A stretch of DNA of 33,346 bases, taken from a virus. Lineage: Duplodnaviria > Caudoviricetes. Of this stretch, positions 10,901 to 18,691 are shown piece after piece (positions within the stretch are counted from its first letter, which is position 1; every line of letters starts with the position of its first letter). Below the pieces are notes generated by a model. That model was not told the DNA's origin. It worked only from the letters and a program-made list of their open reading frames with translations, and did no database searches. The translations under genes and the position numbers were made by a program. The stretch lies in IMG/VR virus record IMGVR_UViG_3300026260_000017, positions 1 to 33,346 of that record. The stretch is one strand, 5' to 3'.

Positions 10901-13900
10901 ACCCTGTTTCTGGTCAGAACATTGCTATTACAGCAGTGGGAGCAACAACAATTACTGTTAACGTTGGTGTAGCATCTTCAAATAGTCAGAGTTCATATCC
11001 TCGTGCATCTGGAGCATCTACTGGAAGCGGTGCTGATTATGCATATGATGCTGCTCTACCAATTACTGCTAGAACTGCCACTACTGTTACTATAAATGTT
11101 AACGGTGGACAGGGTGCTATTAGTGTTAATTCTGCTCATACATTCGTATCTGCCACAACTAACGGTCTATTGAGTGGTAGTGGATATTCTCACACATGGA
11201 CTGCTGCTGCTACAAACGCAATAGTATCTGGTGGTGGATATCCACATACATTTGTAAGTGCTGTAACTGACGGAGTTCAATTTATTCCACAATCTGCACA
11301 TACATTTGTATCTGCTACATCTAATGCCCTTAAGCATTTACCAAGATCTGCACACACATTTATTAGATCAGGTACTAATTCTGTATTGATATACAGCACT
11401 GGAACACTTAGCCAATGTGCTAACGTTGAATCTTCTATTGATACATCAATGAGTCTCTTTGAAGATATTCTAGATGGAACAGTTCTTGCAGGTGCGACAA
11501 CTAGAACTAGTAACGCTTTATATGATACTGCACAAATTATTTCATATTCAGATAATTATCTCACTGATGCTAACAACCAGAGAGTTGCAATCCGTGGTGA
11601 CTTTGATGAATATCCAATCATTGAGGCATCTCCATATACTCAGAACTCTTCTGTTATCTCATTCTTAGGTGGTAGTGGTGCTCTAGTTGACGGTGCTAAG
11701 GTTAAGCAACCTAACTGTCCTTTCCCTGGTCTTGAATTAGATGGATCTGCATCCTTCCCTAATCAGGGTAAGTCGATGGTTGCATCTGCATTCACGATTG
11801 TATCCTTTGGTGGTATTGGTTATAAGATTATCAATGACGGTTATGTTCAGTTGGTGTCTGTGTTCGTTATCTTCTGTGCTGATGGTGTTCTTGCTGAGTC
11901 TGGTGGTTATGCATCTATCACGAACTCTGCTACTAACTTCGGTACATTCGCACTGAGAGCAAGAGGTTTCAGTGCAACACCATACGTATTTGATATTGCA
12001 ACTGTCTCTAACGTATCTTCTACACCTACTGGTAGAACAATTCTTACAGTTAGTGGATTAGGAAGAGAACCACTAGAGCACTATGTTGTTAAGATTGATG
12101 GTTATACCAATACTAATACTGACATTGAATACTTTGTTGATACTGTTTCAGCAGTAACAGTTGGTCCTCCTTTCTCTGCTCAGTTAACCATTGATGATGG
12201 TACTGGTGGTGCCATGGATCTTACAGATATAGCTACTGGTCAAGCAGTATCTACCAGTGTCCTATCTGGTAAGACTATCAACTTACACAGACCATCTATT
12301 TGTAACTCCTCATCACACACTTGGGAATTTGCTGGATCTGGTACTAACTACCTTGCTCTACCTGAGAACGGTGGTACTAAGATTGAAGCATACGAACAGG
12401 TATCGGAAAACTACGGTCGTGTTTATGTTTCTGGTACTGACGAACTTGGAGACTTCAAGGTTGGTACATTCGCTAGAATTGAGAACAGAACTGGTAACAT
12501 TACCTTTACTGGTACGGTTACAATTTCTGAAGTTGAATTCTTGAAACTAAAAGGTGGTGACGTTGTTGTTACTGGATTTGATGCATCAAACACACTTGGT
12601 GGTGCTAACGCTAGTGACTCTAAGCTACCTACACAGAAGGCAGTTAGAGATTATATCACTAACAACCTTGGACCTTTCATTAACAAACCATACTCTACGA
12701 ACGCTGTTCCTAGAGCATTGGTTGAATTAACAGACTCAGGTAAGATATCTGTTGATCAGATTCCAGCATTAAGACCATTCAGTGTATTCACTGTTGCAGA
12801 TCAAGCAGAAAGAACTTCTCTAGAAGGAGCACTTGCTGGTGACATCGCAATCCAACAGGATACATCAACATCATTCATTCTAAACAATGATACTGATAGT
12901 TTGTTCCTTGGATTTAACCCAGATGCTGCTTTAGCATTTACCATTGGAGATATCTTTACTGGTAGCTTAACTACTGGACGTATTCAATCTACAGAATACA
13001 GAAAAGGGGTTGTCTATCAGATCAACGTCAGCAACGGTGGTTCTGGATATACTGTTGCTCCTGTAATTACATTTGCTGGTGGTAATCCAGAAGCAGGTGC
13101 AGTAGCTGCATCGGCAACTTGTACGATTGCAAATGGTCAAGTTGTTACTGTAACTATTAATGAATTTGGTGGATTTAAAGGTGGTAAAGGATATACTACT
13201 GCTCCTACTATAACATTTGCTGCTCCTACTGGTGCTGGTACACAAGCAGTTGGTACTGCTTTAATTGAAAGCAGATTATATGGTGATATCGTCAACAATA
13301 TCAAGATTGAAGATACTGATACATTTGATGATAGTACAACACCTACTGCTACAACAGTTAATATTACTAGAGTTGTTAATACTTCATCCTTTGATGTTAA
13401 CAACTGGGTATCTCTATCATCTAATCAAATTGCTGCTTCTGATATCACATCTGGTGTTATTGAAACAGACAGACTTGCACTTGGTGGAGCTGCAAACTCC
13501 TTCACATTCTTAAGAGGTGATTCTAACTTTGCACTAGCAATGCAATCAATTAAGGGTGCAGAAAGCAGATACTTTGCAAGATTAAATTCTCAGTGTACTA
13601 CAGGATCATCTCAGATGATCTTCACAACTAACTCTGATGTTCTTATCGGTCACGAAGTCAAGAACTCTGTAAGTGGTGTTCAATCTAATACAAATATTAC
13701 TGGAGTTATTACTGCTGCAGGTCTAACTACGATCTCTCTAAACAATCCAGTCAATGCAACTATTCCTTTAGGAACAATCATTGAGTTTGAGCGTGGTGCA
13801 TCACCTCTGACATTTGAATCAACATTTACTCAGGGTAACTTTGTTGATGCTGTAATTATTGCAAATGGTGGTACTGGATATACTAATGGTCAATACTTCG

Positions 13901-16734
13901 ATGTATCACTAACAGGTGGTGCTGGTACTGGACTTAAAGTTAATATAGTTGTTGCCAACAATGTTGTTACAGAACTAACAGTTACTGATGGTGGTGTTGG
14001 ATACAGTGCAGACTTTACAGTTACAACTGCTCCTGGTGCTATTGGTGGTGGATCTTCTCTTGTTCTAGAAGCAAAAATTTCTACTGTTAATAGACAGTAT
14101 GCAAACGCATCTATTGACGTTAAGAGAGTTACAGATTTAACAATTTCTGCTGACCTTTATGGTGAGATTGGTGTTTCTAGATATAAGAAAGCACAGTTCA
14201 ATATCGGTCAGGCAGGTAACGGTTCTGTTGAACTTAAGACTGGTGCAGATAGTGGTCTTGACGCTGACTTACTTGACGGTGTACAAGGTTCCTTCTATCT
14301 AAACTCTAGTAACCAGAGTGCTGGTACTCTATCTTCTGATAGACTATCTGGAACTTACAACATTGCAATATCTGGTACAGCAGGTAACACTATTCGTGTT
14401 CTTACAGGTACTAACAACCCATCATCTTCTCCTGCCCCTAACAACTTCAGTTCTGGTATTGTTTCTAACACAATCTTTAACAGTGCTAATGGACTAAGTG
14501 ATGGTGGTACCAGAAATATGACGGTAACCTTCAGAGCTGGTGGTACTGGTTTCGATGCTGGATTTGGTGGTGTAAGACAACTTGCATTCAGTGATAATGA
14601 CAACATGTGGATCCGAGGTTCTGGAACTGGTGTTAGTTCTTTCGGTACATGGGCAAAGGTCTGGACAGGATTAAACGATGGTCTAGATTCAGGTCTTGAT
14701 GCTGACAAACTTGATAACAAAGAAGGTACTTGGTATCAGAATGCTTTAAACATTAACTCTGGAACTCTATCTGATAACAGACTTCCAAGATTTGTTAGTG
14801 CAACTAACTTTAGAGATAACGTAACTGTTAAAGGATTCCTTGGTGATCCTAAGTTCAGGATCTACTTCTCTGGAGTTATACTTGATACATCTGCTACTGG
14901 TGTATTTGCTCCAGGTAATCCAATTAACCTATACAACTCTAACGCACAGGCAGTCGGTAGCTTTATTATTGATAGTGTTGTAACAAACGATGACACTGCA
15001 GACAACTTTAATGATTACACAATTCTAATTGGTAGACTTAATTCTGGTAACTTTGTTGGTGCTATTACTGCTGGTAGTGCATCTAACAGACAACCATTTG
15101 ATGACTTTACTCTAGAAGATGGTAACACAGTAGATGTTGGTAAGATTGTTAATAATGCTGGATCTGGTGAACTAAAACTTGGAAGAGTTGATGGTCAGTC
15201 ATCCAATCCTGCAATCTACTTCAGATCTTCTCAATTAGTTTCTGGTGGAGATGCTCACTATACAGCTAAATTAGAAGCTGCTGGTGGTAATGCTTCAGCA
15301 GGTTCTGGTACATTAGCATTAACAGTTTTAAATGCTGATGCATTTACTATCAATGGTCAAAAAGCATGGAACGAAGGTAACATCCAATTTAGTAGTGCTA
15401 ACCTTGCTAGCTATGCAGTACAACGTGATGGTTCTGGTAACTTCTCTGCTGGAACAATTACTGCAAACTTAACTGGTGCAGCATCACTCAACGTTCTTAA
15501 GACTGGCGACACCATGACTGGTTCGCTTGTCCTAACTGGTGCAGGTTCTAACCTTACTGTTAGTGGAACAGCAACTGTTAATAATACAACAACTATCAAC
15601 GCTGACCTTAACGTTGATAGCAATACATTGTTCGTTGATGCTTCTGAGAATAAGATTGGTATTGGTGAGACTGTATTTACTAACCGTGCTGGTCAGTCAT
15701 ACGTTAAGTTGAGAATGAGAACTTCCAACTTTGATAGTTATGATGATGATCATCGTATGGACTTTGGTCAGTTCAATGGTAACTGGGTAGATGGTTCTGG
15801 TGGTAGTGATACTCAGTTTGGTGTGTCATTTACATGGCAAGATAAGGTAAGAGGTGGTCTACTTTATGACCACAGAAGTTCTGAGAGAATGGCACTCTGG
15901 TCTTCTTATGGACGATTAGCGTTCATGGTTGATCCTGGTACAAGTGGTGATGAGGTTCCAATCACTGTTGGAACTGAGGCAATGACCATTGTTCCATCTG
16001 GTACGGTTGGTATTAACACAACAGGTCCAAGCACTAGCTACAAGTTAGATGTTAACGGACAATCTAGATTTAGAAATTACGTTACTCTTGATACCGCAAA
16101 TGATAACTCTGGTGCTGGTATCCAGTTCTTAGGTTCTTCATCAGAAAGAAACTTTAGAATTGGTAACCAATGGGGTCATAGTAATGCGTTTGAGATAACA
16201 CCATCTACAGCTGCTGGTAATTCTTCATGGGATGGAACACCCGCAATTTATGTAAGAGGTGACCATCGAGTTGGTATCTATACATCATCAATATCTGGAA
16301 CTGACCCAACCAATAATCAGGTAAGATCATACAGGTTGAATGTCAATGGAGATATGAACATCGATGGTCAATTCTTCCAGAACAACCAAGAGTTCGTAAC
16401 ATCTAGATGGACAGAAGCTTCTAATGGCAATGACATCTATAGATTATCTAAAGTTGGTGTTAAGAAGCAAGATCCTACATATGACTTACATGTTCTTGGA
16501 ACTGCAAACATTGAAGGTCAAACTTTTGTTAACCAAGCAAATACAAGTGTTCTTTACGCTAACGGCGTAAGACAGTGGATTGACTCTTACGGTATATTCA
16601 AATCTAACAGTCAAGTTGTTGCTGAGAACATTACTGTTCCCAACGGAACAAATTGTGGTAGTTTTGGTCCCATTACTATAAATAACAATATTGCGATTAC
16701 AATTGCTGATGGCGGTAGCTGGAACATTGTCTAA
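4990..16734 (+). CDS. Giant tail-fibre/baseplate-appendage protein, 3914 aa, with split beta-helix, two helical domains, nested beta repeats and fibre-type C-terminus
   Basis: Motifs seen: YVSAQIGSDLNDGRS...RTIKKA and GGEYVEDNPI (beta-helix cap); GSGYT..P.V repeats; GLDADLLDG and GLDADKLD; VLKTGDTMTG; VGINTTGPS..KLDVNG; C-terminal GPITI...WNIV. Located upstream of the neck genes. Confidence 0.85.
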   Translation: MSFHINSDKEKIRGVNSKFIGDNEATIRIGTGADEKEVLRAELDSATQLPRIGINRTGQRINNIVLDTAGSGYTVNPNVTIGPPNVEGGIQALASAFIFNGKVTTIAVNNPGSGYTVVPLVTVSDGGGAGATATAELDTVDYELDINGAIRTSTSIISDTARILNLDIDNFITPDPNFRGPNLKTYMNNTGTLWSANVIIQKDQYRYFGANVYQSLNTGQTGSEAPEHKDGIVKNGSVDFKHIGFRVNDPTEFRYNDTGEAGVFPRSITPLLGDRSDKVATTEYVLNLATNDVGGRIYVSAQIGSDLNDGRSAVNPVRTIKKAAQEAWKTPGVKETIIVSGGEYVEDNPISLPPDASIVGDNLRLVIVRPANPGKHMMKFGDKNYVLGITYRDQIDSNGDAVATWDYAMVFDDKQRIVVDSEANGDIGTTFPVGHQIFGPQQFRVSFQNNTGLATLVSGLIVKGVNTGSRAKIFDVAFATTIGASAYVSGTVDVQLQSGSFVEGEQFNYITSAGAGSAINLAITGQQGPNTLRFSQDPTGTIPGGTIVQLVGTPSTGAAFTGFYEVAEIDTTQSASNIWDVTFFPLLSAPTWDATGVGGTYVINQATTQTETIDTTAIKSIRAEGEVVSVDDDYTTTLPISRIDFSLQGDASITQGGFQNAQFGNAEDIGGIVFYTNQLVGRTNIHEFKEGQEILIENLPTSSPDLSELNGKQRIYKVLEDADGRCRRFVIPKKMPAITDPNLDPGQFATVKSFSKIVTLSLLNSPNSFPLSTPVERRFQDACVLLRNNREFIADEVLGRINKEFSNDYYQVSEISGGGDTFKVYLGQTPVTHTYVSGGTVKFENATINITNFVYDNSVTGYATITIASALSALVEDDTVKLADILLSCDSGQKTYPSYSSPTSGDNTGSDGDEQCKQDIVHFVNAIVRDLEFGTNHNTIEGANKVIVGGDIAYIKDEIVQNFRAIEYARELCIYAMRNWKIGNGTTTEPTYVPKYSSITRYFDSTIINTTAGNPVCADVKSAIDTLTYLWVDVITKNQSATFLDAAYLIERNKYLIADQALRDTLGQFPLFALNNTNERKCKRDLRITLSNLAKDLVLGGNENIVIAAEEYFTQTALTGIPEAQKAETIYAYQRAKTYAIAAMRNWTDGTYVDLTPTNATYNPSTGALEVLFPDPLIAPSVGDRIAFKEDALNWECTYNSVTGQHPGPSRTDPTYGKSFEITQVASAGGTTTVSTNVGNAGAASGSSHTFISAVADGTIIVYNPTVLTSAYPKVEDWNILPDSNAGAPTAQHTPSAVTYNPVNGDLTMTVTGHSVTTSNSVKIAPESMVFTCAMDGNATEHKYPQVGQPAYGNSIAVTSTTASSFTINIGATGADAQWTPSDATYDPATGALVLTIGSGHGLGVGEGVVLDNDSLSFTCTMDGDSVTKTYPRAGHDPFSGRSIPIDSVSDTTVTLNVGVSPANKNFTPTNATYNASTGDMVLALGQHGLAVDKGIVIANGALSFTCDKDNNSTLHTYPRSSDPASGESLSITNVASTQHTATNAVYTPTTGSLVITSAGHNFANGDYVKIADDSLTFNCVLDSGSTNKTYPRNNFDNLSGRWVAISNVTTDTFEINTGPSSYTGAHTFVSASSNGIQRQTGNVTVNVGASPLVNHQVTGATYDPATGDLLLTIGAHTLSVGEGVKIATDSLTFTCAMDGGATTHTYPRNIIDNYTATDAAYDPTTGVLGLSIPAHGIKVGDWIKLDDDSLTFTCAADGNGTQHTYPRSTDPISGKYVKVTAVPNTDSIAIQVLAIIPSTNVTTHTFVSATANGVKAKRDRAYDQAVPITAIGTGTITLNVGPSPTVNHTVTNATYNTTSGDMELTIGNHALQVGESIKLAANSLTFECPAAVGTHTFVTGAAGGITPNAGSAVTAATGTTYNPTTGDMVLEIGSHSLTTSNTVQIANGAVTFTCDADNNGSNHAYPRATDPVSGQNIAITAVGATTITVNVGVASSNSQSSYPRASGASTGSGADYAYDAALPITARTATTVTINVNGGQGAISVNSAHTFVSATTNGLLSGSGYSHTWTAAATNAIVSGGGYPHTFVSAVTDGVQFIPQSAHTFVSATSNALKHLPRSAHTFIRSGTNSVLIYSTGTLSQCANVESSIDTSMSLFEDILDGTVLAGATTRTSNALYDTAQIISYSDNYLTDANNQRVAIRGDFDEYPIIEASPYTQNSSVISFLGGSGALVDGAKVKQPNCPFPGLELDGSASFPNQGKSMVASAFTIVSFGGIGYKIINDGYVQLVSVFVIFCADGVLAESGGYASITNSATNFGTFALRARGFSATPYVFDIATVSNVSSTPTGRTILTVSGLGREPLEHYVVKIDGYTNTNTDIEYFVDTVSAVTVGPPFSAQLTIDDGTGGAMDLTDIATGQAVSTSVLSGKTINLHRPSICNSSSHTWEFAGSGTNYLALPENGGTKIEAYEQVSENYGRVYVSGTDELGDFKVGTFARIENRTGNITFTGTVTISEVEFLKLKGGDVVVTGFDASNTLGGANASDSKLPTQKAVRDYITNNLGPFINKPYSTNAVPRALVELTDSGKISVDQIPALRPFSVFTVADQAERTSLEGALAGDIAIQQDTSTSFILNNDTDSLFLGFNPDAALAFTIGDIFTGSLTTGRIQSTEYRKGVVYQINVSNGGSGYTVAPVITFAGGNPEAGAVAASATCTIANGQVVTVTINEFGGFKGGKGYTTAPTITFAAPTGAGTQAVGTALIESRLYGDIVNNIKIEDTDTFDDSTTPTATTVNITRVVNTSSFDVNNWVSLSSNQIAASDITSGVIETDRLALGGAANSFTFLRGDSNFALAMQSIKGAESRYFARLNSQCTTGSSQMIFTTNSDVLIGHEVKNSVSGVQSNTNITGVITAAGLTTISLNNPVNATIPLGTIIEFERGASPLTFESTFTQGNFVDAVIIANGGTGYTNGQYFDVSLTGGAGTGLKVNIVVANNVVTELTVTDGGVGYSADFTVTTAPGAIGGGSSLVLEAKISTVNRQYANASIDVKRVTDLTISADLYGEIGVSRYKKAQFNIGQAGNGSVELKTGADSGLDADLLDGVQGSFYLNSSNQSAGTLSSDRLSGTYNIAISGTAGNTIRVLTGTNNPSSSPAPNNFSSGIVSNTIFNSANGLSDGGTRNMTVTFRAGGTGFDAGFGGVRQLAFSDNDNMWIRGSGTGVSSFGTWAKVWTGLNDGLDSGLDADKLDNKEGTWYQNALNINSGTLSDNRLPRFVSATNFRDNVTVKGFLGDPKFRIYFSGVILDTSATGVFAPGNPINLYNSNAQAVGSFIIDSVVTNDDTADNFNDYTILIGRLNSGNFVGAITAGSASNRQPFDDFTLEDGNTVDVGKIVNNAGSGELKLGRVDGQSSNPAIYFRSSQLVSGGDAHYTAKLEAAGGNASAGSGTLALTVLNADAFTINGQKAWNEGNIQFSSANLASYAVQRDGSGNFSAGTITANLTGAASLNVLKTGDTMTGSLVLTGAGSNLTVSGTATVNNTTTINADLNVDSNTLFVDASENKIGIGETVFTNRAGQSYVKLRMRTSNFDSYDDDHRMDFGQFNGNWVDGSGGSDTQFGVSFTWQDKVRGGLLYDHRSSERMALWSSYGRLAFMVDPGTSGDEVPITVGTEAMTIVPSGTVGINTTGPSTSYKLDVNGQSRFRNYVTLDTANDNSGAGIQFLGSSSERNFRIGNQWGHSNAFEITPSTAAGNSSWDGTPAIYVRGDHRVGIYTSSISGTDPTNNQVRSYRLNVNGDMNIDGQFFQNNQEFVTSRWTEASNGNDIYRLSKVGVKKQDPTYDLHVLGTANIEGQTFVNQANTSVLYANGVRQWIDSYGIFKSNSQVVAENITVPNGTNCGSFGPITINNNIAITIADGGSWNIV
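8449..11385 (+). repeat. Nine ~90-110-aa repeats (ATY.P.TG.L.L...H...SLTFTC..D...YPR..DP..G...NVG...HTFVSA) ending in five tandem 18-aa HTF-type motifs
   Basis: Repeat starts at about 8449, 8866, 9127, 9391, 9601, 9961, 10117, 10540 and 10669. His codons of the trailing motifs are at 11137, 11191, 11245, 11299 and 11353, an exact 54-nt period. Confidence 0.9.
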
Positions 16735-16737
16735 ATA
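16677..16737 (+). promoter_or_regulatory. Two late-promoter motifs: TATAAATA (16677-16684) and CTAAATA (16731-16737)
   Basis: Both upstream of the ATG at 16762; Shine-Dalgarno AAGGAG at about 16744-16749. Confidence 0.65.
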
Positions 16738-16761
16738 ATACGGAAGGAGATCCTAATATCC

Positions 16762-17904
16762 ATGGCATCAGAATTAAGAGTAGATCAACTTAAATATACC
16801 GCCGCAGGTAGTTCAACCAATCCCAACATTTCGTTGAATACGGATGGTTCATGTACCTTTGGTGGTGATATCGATATCGGCAACAATGACTTGCTTGTTA
16901 ATGGACAACCATTTTCAACATTACCAGCACAATATCCTGATGGAAATGAGAATAGCACTGTTGGTGCTTCTCTAAAATCAGATGGTACTAACGCTTATTG
17001 GGAAAACATTGTTGCGTTTGCCGAAGGTTTTAATATTACTAGAGGATATCCAGCAGCAGGTTACCGAGGTGGTTCTGCATGGAGAAACATCAACCGTTGT
17101 ACACATGCTACGCTTAGTAACGCTAACATTGGCGACAGACTAGATCAGTCTGATGCGTATACCGCAGGTGCTCAAAACTCTGCTATGAGAGCATATGTTT
17201 TCTGCACAGCAAACGGTTGGAATTCCACTGGTAACTATGTTTCTACTTTCAGCATGTCCACTGAGTCCAACACTGGTGCTGGACAGTCAATGTCTACTTC
17301 TAGAAACAGAACTTCTGTTATGAAGAGAGACTTTAAATATGCATATGTTTGTGGAAATAACAATAACAACCCAGATAGATATGACTTAACCAATGACAGT
17401 GTAACAACTGTTAGTGGTAGTGGATCTACTGGTGGTGACAACCCTGCATGTGGTTATGGTGAGACTAAAGGTTGGTATAAGCAAGGTGGTAATGGATACA
17501 GCTTTGACTGGTCAACTCAATCGTGGTCTGGTTGGAGTTCTGCTCCTGGCACTGATGGAACTAACAAGACTTGTAACACACGTCTTGGTTTCTCTTATTG
17601 GAACACTGCAGGTGGTTACCAAACCAACGCTGCACTTTCAAGAAGAGATGACACTACTGGTTCTAACCTAGGATCTGTTGGTAAACCAGGAACTACTGGT
17701 GAAGAAACATTCCATACTGGAATGACTCATGGACTTATGAACGGTATGTATGATGGTAATCAGAACAATACTGGTGGTCAAATAAATTTCTCCACACACT
17801 CATTTGGATGGAACGGCAGTCTTAACTCTCAGGGAACACCTGGAAGAGCATCAGGTGCTGCTATTGAATATGGTACACTAGCTAGCGGTTACACAGGAGT
17901 ATAA
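16762..17904 (+). CDS. Gly/Ser/Thr/Asn/Trp-rich repeat protein, probable fibre-associated structural protein (beta-propeller-like C-terminal region), 380 aa
   Basis: Good RBS; N-terminus MASELRVDQLK resembles starts of cyanophage fibre-accessory proteins; recurring (G/A)Y..(G) blade-like segments (RGYPAAGY, RAYVFC, YAYVCG, KGWYKQG, FSYWNTAG, HGLMNG). Confidence 0.6.
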   Translation: MASELRVDQLKYTAAGSSTNPNISLNTDGSCTFGGDIDIGNNDLLVNGQPFSTLPAQYPDGNENSTVGASLKSDGTNAYWENIVAFAEGFNITRGYPAAGYRGGSAWRNINRCTHATLSNANIGDRLDQSDAYTAGAQNSAMRAYVFCTANGWNSTGNYVSTFSMSTESNTGAGQSMSTSRNRTSVMKRDFKYAYVCGNNNNNPDRYDLTNDSVTTVSGSGSTGGDNPACGYGETKGWYKQGGNGYSFDWSTQSWSGWSSAPGTDGTNKTCNTRLGFSYWNTAGGYQTNAALSRRDDTTGSNLGSVGKPGTTGEETFHTGMTHGLMNGMYDGNQNNTGGQINFSTHSFGWNGSLNSQGTPGRASGAAIEYGTLASGYTGV

Positions 17905-17906
17905 GC

Positions 17907-18671
17907 ATGACTAAAAGATATTTCGTTGGTAAACTCCCCGATCTAACAAAATTACTTACATACCAACCAATCAACTCTGTTCTTGATTGGTATGTTTTCT
18001 CGTTGGATTCTGAAGACGTAAATGGTATAAATTCTTTATCAGACAGATTTGTCGAGATGGATAAAGAGATGGCAGTATTTGGTATGAGAAGTCTTGGTGA
18101 TATTCGTTCTACCATTAAAGTTCCTGCTGATGATTTTAAAAATGAGGCAGATTTTGATAATCTATCTTATGCCGATATGGCACCTGAAGGATCTAAAGTA
18201 GCAGTTCCTGTTACACAAAAAAGATACGATACTATTCTAAGAACTATGAAGTTCTTAGCAAAATTAATTATTGAGCAAACCTATGAACAAAGGTTCTTAT
18301 CTCTAGATGAAGGTGCTACTTCATTAGAGAAAAAGACTTGGGATTATCAAAATGATGATGTAGATAATGATAACGATTATATTCTTAGAGAACTAGCAGA
18401 TGCTAAAGGTTCTTCTACATCTGATTTAAAAACAAAAATTCAAGAAAAAAGAAATGCTTACAACAGAAATGTAAAAGCACTCTACATTGCGTCTACAGGA
18501 TTAAAGAAAACGTTTTCAGATTGCACTTCTGTTAGGCAGATAAATAGATTATATGAGAACTACCTTGGTCTTCCAATGCCAGAACAACAGGCAAAAGAAG
18601 AAAATAAATACACCCAAAACGAACAGGGTGTATTTATTAGAGAAGAGGTAATTCCTGGTATTAAGTTCTAA
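17907..18671 (+). CDS. Hypothetical protein, possibly tail-fibre assembly chaperone-like, 254 aa
   Basis: ATG 2 nt after the upstream stop. LEKKTWDYQ...LRELADAKG...L..KI.EK..AY resembles the E..TW..Q...LA..RG...L...I..KA..Y pattern of proteins often encoded beside phage fibres (recalled, not searched). Confidence 0.5.
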   Translation: MTKRYFVGKLPDLTKLLTYQPINSVLDWYVFSLDSEDVNGINSLSDRFVEMDKEMAVFGMRSLGDIRSTIKVPADDFKNEADFDNLSYADMAPEGSKVAVPVTQKRYDTILRTMKFLAKLIIEQTYEQRFLSLDEGATSLEKKTWDYQNDDVDNDNDYILRELADAKGSSTSDLKTKIQEKRNAYNRNVKALYIASTGLKKTFSDCTSVRQINRLYENYLGLPMPEQQAKEENKYTQNEQGVFIREEVIPGIKF

Positions 18672-18691
18672 TCATTATTTTTTGATTTATT

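Noticed and set aside
8449-11385. Repeats as a CRISPR array or diversity-generating retroelement template/variable repeats
   Set aside because: Repeats are conserved at protein level and diverged in DNA; no reverse transcriptase, cas gene or adenine-specific mismatch pair was seen.
730-17441. Many 60-120-aa minus-strand ORFs within the giant genes
   Set aside because: Antisense shadows of strongly biased + strand codons (GGT/ACT/GCT); no recognisable motifs; fully overlapped by confident genes.
3609-17671. Alternative-frame + strand ORFs rich in Leu/Val/Met (e.g. 3609, 6128, 11474, 11741, 12257, 13265, 17414)
   Set aside because: Off-frame reads of T-ending codons; no independent evidence.
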